The notes under the pieces: model-generated | Seen by the model: the letters and a program-made list of their open reading frames with translations, nothing else | The model's database searches: none | What the model was told of the DNA's origin: nothing | Made by a program: the position numbers and the translations under genes | DNA from: an uncultured bacterium | GTDB taxonomy: Bacteria > Verrucomicrobiota > Verrucomicrobiia > Verrucomicrobiales > DEV007 | Length of the DNA stretch: 64,000 nucleotides | Direction of reading: 5' to 3' | Assembly: GCA_963977015.1 (NCBI GenBank) | Contig: CAXBMO010000016.1 | Coordinates: 87,045 to 151,044, forward strand | Shown here: positions 59,394 through 64,000 of the stretch, one piece after another | How the letters are laid out: each line of letters starts with the position of its first letter | How positions within the stretch are numbered: position 1 is the stretch's first letter

Positions 59394-59597
59394 ATGGCTT
59401 ATACCGTTAAATCCAAGAAATCCGGAAAAGACTACTTCCTTCACGTTCGCGAAACGAAGCGAAAAGACGGAAACATCACGAGACTCTACTACTTCGCTGG
59501 TGAGGTGAAGAACGAGAGTTCCGTCGACGATCTTCCCGATGGTTACCAGGTCGTTGAGAATGAGCGGACTGGTCTTCCATTCTTGAAGAAAAAGTAA
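59394..59597 (+). CDS. Small basic conserved hypothetical protein (67 aa)
   Basis: MAYTVKSKKSGKDYFLH...LYYFA...LPDGYQVVENERTGLPFLKKK. Confidence 0.8.
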   Translation: MAYTVKSKKSGKDYFLHVRETKRKDGNITRLYYFAGEVKNESSVDDLPDGYQVVENERTGLPFLKKK

Positions 59598-59637
59598 CGG
59601 GCCTTTCAAGCCCTTCTTCATCCTACAACTTTTAACG

Positions 59638-59668
59638 AAACCGCCGAACCACGTTCGGCGGTTTTGTT
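59638..59668. terminator. Intrinsic (possibly bidirectional) terminator
   Basis: AAACCGCCGAAC-cac-GTTCGGCGGTTT hairpin between convergent genes. Confidence 0.75.
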
Positions 59669-59729
59669 GTGTCCCGGCACGGCGCCACTCCGCCTTCTGG
59701 CGCGATGTGCAGGCCTCGATTCCGCAGCG

Positions 59730-61400
59730 TTACTTGGGAACGGCCGCCAACATCCGGCTCAGCCACGGGAACAGCTGCTTCTTCCGGCTCACCACACCGT
59801 CCATCTCGTAGACGCCCTGATCCTTCTTCGGATAATCGACGCGTTCCATCACCTTAGCCGGTCCCTCCATCAGCAGGACGCTGTAGTGGCGCCCGATGTC
59901 GGTGACCATCGCACAGGCGATGTCCAGATTGTGGCTCTTAACCAGATTCTTCAGCTCCGTTTGCAAATCATCGAGCGCCGGCCAGAAGTGATTCAGGCCC
60001 AGCTCCTCAATTTGCGAAATGCTGACACGATAACCGCTTTCCTCGTATTCCTTGCGGTCGCTGCCGAGCGCTTCGGCCGAAGTCGACGTCTTGAGGACGG
60101 ATCCCGCGGCAAAGAACTCTTCCGCAAACTCATCGATGTTGATGCCGGCGATTTTCGAAAGCCAATCGAGCGTTTTCTTGTCTTCACCCGTCGTGGTCGG
60201 TGACGTCAATTTGAGCGTGTCCGAAATCAGCCCGGCGCAGAGGCAAATGGCGATGGAACGGGTCGGCATCAACCCCTGATCCCAGAACAAGCGCGCCACG
60301 ATCGTCGAGGTGGAGCCGACCGGCAGGTTGATGAAGCGAACCGGCTCCTTGGACGTGAGGTTGCCGCTGAGGCGGTGGTGATCGATGACCTCAAGGATCT
60401 GCGAGTCTTCCGCACCGGTCACCGCCTGGGAAAATTCGTTGTGATCGACCAGTACCAACTTTCGAGCCGGCAAATCAATCAAATCCGAACGCGAAAAGAC
60501 GCCGATCAGCTGCCCTTCGCCATCCACCACCGGAAAGAGCGACTGCGCGGAGCCGCGAACTTCCGCCTGAACCGCGGCGACCAGGGTATCCGTCTCAAAC
60601 CGCACGAAATCCGAGGAAATGCCCTCCTCAATCCGGCGCGAACCACGAATGAACTGAATCGTGCTCGCCGTATCGTAGTTCGTGGAGAGAATCGTCGTGC
60701 CATTCTTCTGTGCCTCGCGAATCACATCGCGGGAAACCTTGGAACCTCCGGTGACGAGCAGAACCCGAACCCCGTGTTCTGCCGCCAATTTCTGGACATT
60801 CGATCGATCTCCCGAAAGGAGCAAAAGCTGCTCGGCCGGAAATTGGGCAATCCGCTCCTTCATCACGTCTTCGCTGCTTGCCGCAACCATGATGATGAAA
60901 TCCTCCACCGCTTCCGGGTCGCTGCCCTGGTGAACCACCTCGCCGCCGAGGGTTCGGACGGTATTCGCAATGCTGGTCCGAACGACTCGCATCCGCTCCG
61001 GAGATTCGCCGACCGGCAACAGGAGCTTGAGCAAGTCCTGCAGCGAGAGCATTCCGACAAGGTGATGCTCGCCTTCCACGATCGGGATGCTGCGATACCC
61101 GCCCCAGATCATGCGCTGGTAGACATCGAGAAAGCTCTCATGCGGCGCGGCCGTCGCCACGGTTCGCGTTCCGAGCGATCCGACGTTCAAGCGCACGTCC
61201 ATCACCAGTTCCGGCAGCTCGACGCCCGCCTTTTTTAAAACCCAATCCGTTCGCGCGGTAACGGTTCCACACCGCGCCGCAATGGCTTCCGGCATCCGGG
61301 TGCGTTGCAATAAATCCGCGTAAGCGATCGCAGAACAAATGGCATCGGTATCCGGATTGCGGTGACCAATGACGTAAACAGGGCTGGGTGCCGGGCTCAT
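59730..61400 (-). CDS. ppaC: Mn-dependent inorganic pyrophosphatase with CBS-DRTGG insert
   Basis: GHRNPDTDAICSA, VDHNE, IDHH, SDT, SRKKQ. Confidence 0.93.
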   Translation of the reverse strand: MSPAPSPVYVIGHRNPDTDAICSAIAYADLLQRTRMPEAIAARCGTVTARTDWVLKKAGVELPELVMDVRLNVGSLGTRTVATAAPHESFLDVYQRMIWGGYRSIPIVEGEHHLVGMLSLQDLLKLLLPVGESPERMRVVRTSIANTVRTLGGEVVHQGSDPEAVEDFIIMVAASSEDVMKERIAQFPAEQLLLLSGDRSNVQKLAAEHGVRVLLVTGGSKVSRDVIREAQKNGTTILSTNYDTASTIQFIRGSRRIEEGISSDFVRFETDTLVAAVQAEVRGSAQSLFPVVDGEGQLIGVFSRSDLIDLPARKLVLVDHNEFSQAVTGAEDSQILEVIDHHRLSGNLTSKEPVRFINLPVGSTSTIVARLFWDQGLMPTRSIAICLCAGLISDTLKLTSPTTTGEDKKTLDWLSKIAGINIDEFAEEFFAAGSVLKTSTSAEALGSDRKEYEESGYRVSISQIEELGLNHFWPALDDLQTELKNLVKSHNLDIACAMVTDIGRHYSVLLMEGPAKVMERVDYPKKDQGVYEMDGVVSRKKQLFPWLSRMLAAVPK

Positions 61401-61502
61401 AAAAAGACCTGAAGGTAAACGAAAACGGAAAATAAGCCACATTGTGGCGGTCCGAATTTTCGCTCAACTCCACCGAAATGGAAGCTTAACCGTCGAAAAC
61501 GA

Positions 61503-62915
61503 TCAAATCCCTTCAGAACCGCCCTGGCGGCGCTGTTGTTGCTCGCGCCAAATCGGAATGGACGGTTGAACGCGATCAATCGCTTCCAGAAGCATTTCCG
61601 TGTTCAACGGGACAATCTCATGCTTCTTCATCGCCAGACGGAGGGCGTCTTCAATGGCCAACTCAAAAACCTGGGCAATGTCCGCACCGGAGTAGTCATC
61701 CATTTTGGCGGACAATTTCTGGTAGTCGAGTTCGCCAACCGGCCGGTTCTGAGCCTGCATCTTGAGGATCTTCTGGCGACTTGCGTCATCCGGTGGTGGA
61801 ACCAGGATGCGACGGTCAAACCGTCCCGGACGTAAAAAGGCGGGATCAATGCTCCAAATCGCACTCGTCGCCGCGATCACCAGAACGCCTTCATTGGCTC
61901 CGTCGTAGCCATCCAGTTCCATCAGAAACTGGTTCACCACCGTCCGTGCCGCACTCTGCTTCAATTCGCCACGATCCGCGCCAAGGGCATCCAACTCATC
62001 GATGAAAATGACCGAAGGCGCGTTTTCACGAGCCATCTGAAACACGCTGTTCAGGTTTTTCTCGCTGCAGCCAATGTACATCTCGAGAATTTGATGCAGC
62101 TTCACAGTGTAGAAACTGGCTTCGGTTTCTCCCGCCAGGGCGCGGCAGACGAGAGATTTTCCGCATCCGGGAGGCCCGTAGAGCAAAACGCCCCCACCGG
62201 CTTTCTTCCCATAAGTCATGAACAGGTCCTGGTACTGATACGGATAGACCAGCTTCATCAACAGCTCATCCTTCACATCATCCAATCCGGCGACATCGGC
62301 AAACGAGCCCTGAGGCCGTTCAAACTCGTCAAAATTGAAGATCTCCTCGTCATCAACGAAGTCGAATTCTTCCTGCTCCAGGCCGGAACCACTCAGACCG
62401 GGCAAATCATCGTCAAACGGATCGTTACCCAGGTTGAAATCGAAGTCCTCGGATTCCCAACCGGCATTGGCAACGAGGCGGGGACGATCGTCACCCAAGG
62501 TGTTGCGACCGATCGAGTGACCGCGAAACGCAAGCTCCGCCTCCAATTCCTTGTCGGAAACGAGTTTGCTGATCCCGCGAGCGATATCGTAATGCTCGAC
62601 CGCCTTGATCAAATCCTCTTCGGCAAGGTAAACGCGGGTCAGAAGCAGGTGTACGGGCGCGAAGCCGACGTGTTGGCGCGCAATGGCCTGTCCACGCACC
62701 TCCGCTTCAGAGAGCTTACCCTGTTGAAAAAGAACGTTTGCGACTCCGAGCAACGCCTCTGGTTCGCTGGGGTCGAGCGCGAGCGCTTGCTCAAACGCGG
62801 CACGAGCCTCGTCGAAAATTTTGTCGGAGATGCAGGTCTGGCCGTAGAGCAGCCAAAGTCGCACGTTATCCGGCGCGTCTTGCAGCGCTTTTTTGAGGGT
62901 GGGAAGATCGTGCAT
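61503..62915 (-). CDS. TPR + AAA+ ATPase
   Basis: N-terminal TPRs, acidic linker, GPPGCGKS, IFIDELD, LRPGRFDR. Confidence 0.9.
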   Translation of the reverse strand: MHDLPTLKKALQDAPDNVRLWLLYGQTCISDKIFDEARAAFEQALALDPSEPEALLGVANVLFQQGKLSEAEVRGQAIARQHVGFAPVHLLLTRVYLAEEDLIKAVEHYDIARGISKLVSDKELEAELAFRGHSIGRNTLGDDRPRLVANAGWESEDFDFNLGNDPFDDDLPGLSGSGLEQEEFDFVDDEEIFNFDEFERPQGSFADVAGLDDVKDELLMKLVYPYQYQDLFMTYGKKAGGGVLLYGPPGCGKSLVCRALAGETEASFYTVKLHQILEMYIGCSEKNLNSVFQMARENAPSVIFIDELDALGADRGELKQSAARTVVNQFLMELDGYDGANEGVLVIAATSAIWSIDPAFLRPGRFDRRILVPPPDDASRQKILKMQAQNRPVGELDYQKLSAKMDDYSGADIAQVFELAIEDALRLAMKKHEIVPLNTEMLLEAIDRVQPSIPIWREQQQRRQGGSEGI

Positions 62916-63141
62916 GATTCTTTGCTTTAGGAGTTCGGAGAGCAGATGCAAACCTTAATTTTCATGGAAATTGGTCTAGAAATTATGATTTTTTATTCTG
63001 GATCATTAAAAAAGGAGTGGGGCAAGTTTTTCCATGACGCTCTGACATGCCCCTATTTCATAGTACTCGTTAGGTCAGTTTTGCATTGCCAATTCGAGTT
63101 GGTCGATAACCTCAAGCGAGCTAGAACTGTGCCAATTCCGG

Positions 63142-63885
63142 TCAGGAATGAACCCATCCGTGATCGGCCACGATTTCCTGGCCGGTAATGACGTTACTGA
63201 CCCGGCTGGCCAAAAAAAGCGCCACTTCAGCGACATCCGCTGGCTCAATCAGATCAGGTATGGACTGTAGCTCGTTTTGGAGCCGGACTAAAGTCTCATC
63301 GGTCACAAACTCCCGTTTTTGCCGCTCCGTCATCACCCAACCGGGGGAAATGGAGTTCACGCGGATTCGTTTGGGACCCAATTCCCGGCCCAACGACCGC
63401 GAAAAGCCCTGAATCGCCGACTTGGTCGACACATAGGCGGTCATTGGCTGCATTCCCAATTCGAAGACGATGCTGGAGAAATTCACGATCGAGGCTCCTT
63501 CCGGCATGTGGGGAACCGCTTCACGCGCCGTCAACATGTGGGGACGCAGGTTCGTCGCCATCAAATCGTCCCACACTTCCGCCGTCTGTTCTTCAATCCG
63601 GATTCGGGGATCTTTCGCCGCGTTGTTGATCAAAACCTGGATGTTTCCGCATTCAAAGACGGCGTTCGCGACCCAGTCCACCACTTCCTGTTCGTTGCGC
63701 AGGTCGACCTGGGTAAAGGTTGCCCCCGTGGATTTCGCCAACCGGCTTCCGGCATCGCCATCAAAATCGCAGAAAAAAACAGTCGATCCCTGCTTGGTAA
63801 ACGCGCGAACCATGGCTTCCCCAATCCCGTTCGCGCCACCGGTTATGAGGACGGTTGCGCCGTCCAGGTCTTGATACGTGGCCAT
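63142..63885 (-). CDS. SDR family sugar dehydrogenase (D-xylose 1-dehydrogenase-like)
   Basis: TGGANGIG, NNAAKD, YVSTK, PGWVMTERQ. Confidence 0.88.
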   Translation of the reverse strand: MATYQDLDGATVLITGGANGIGEAMVRAFTKQGSTVFFCDFDGDAGSRLAKSTGATFTQVDLRNEQEVVDWVANAVFECGNIQVLINNAAKDPRIRIEEQTAEVWDDLMATNLRPHMLTAREAVPHMPEGASIVNFSSIVFELGMQPMTAYVSTKSAIQGFSRSLGRELGPKRIRVNSISPGWVMTERQKREFVTDETLVRLQNELQSIPDLIEPADVAEVALFLASRVSNVITGQEIVADHGWVHS

Positions 63886-64000
63886 GTCCGGCAAATTTGC
63901 CAAGCGCCGGGCCGGACTCAAGCAGCTTCTCACCAAAAACCTTCCCGACGCCATGGCCACCTTCAAGGCTGACCACGCATTTCACAACCAGTGCGGGGGG

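Noticed and set aside
61503-62915. TPR-AAA ATPase as a defence NTPase
   Set aside because: Classical AAA with an SRH motif in a housekeeping neighbourhood, with no effector partner.

Overview
A gene-dense, moderately GC-rich bacterial chromosomal segment. Gene content points to a PVC-superphylum organism, most likely a marine or aquatic Verrucomicrobium (inference): DUF1501 with DUF1549/1553, DUF1592 and DUF1552, sulfatases, a PVC-type ECF sigma factor and a kappa-carrageenase-like GH16. Housekeeping loci are rnpB, purE-purK, leuA, rpmB and a CBS-type ppaC. The most notable accessory features are: (1) a TIR-transmembrane-17xWD40 gene with a compositionally foreign WD40 half, bracketed by 27-bp inverted repeats and trailed by two homologous orphan C-terminal fragments separated by a REP pair; (2) a putative lipid-modification locus (FadL, two flavoproteins, ADC-fold protein, sulfotransferase, divergent sterol desaturase); (3) a lipoprotein/V8-like protease/subtilase trio; (4) an unannotated Leu-rich leader peptide upstream of leuA; (5) an attC-like hairpin between promoterless low-GC ORFs; (6) an orphan ParA coupled to an acidic protein with a possible roadblock-like domain. 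All family calls come from motif recognition by eye, and no database search was run. Many start codons were trimmed relative to the ORF track.
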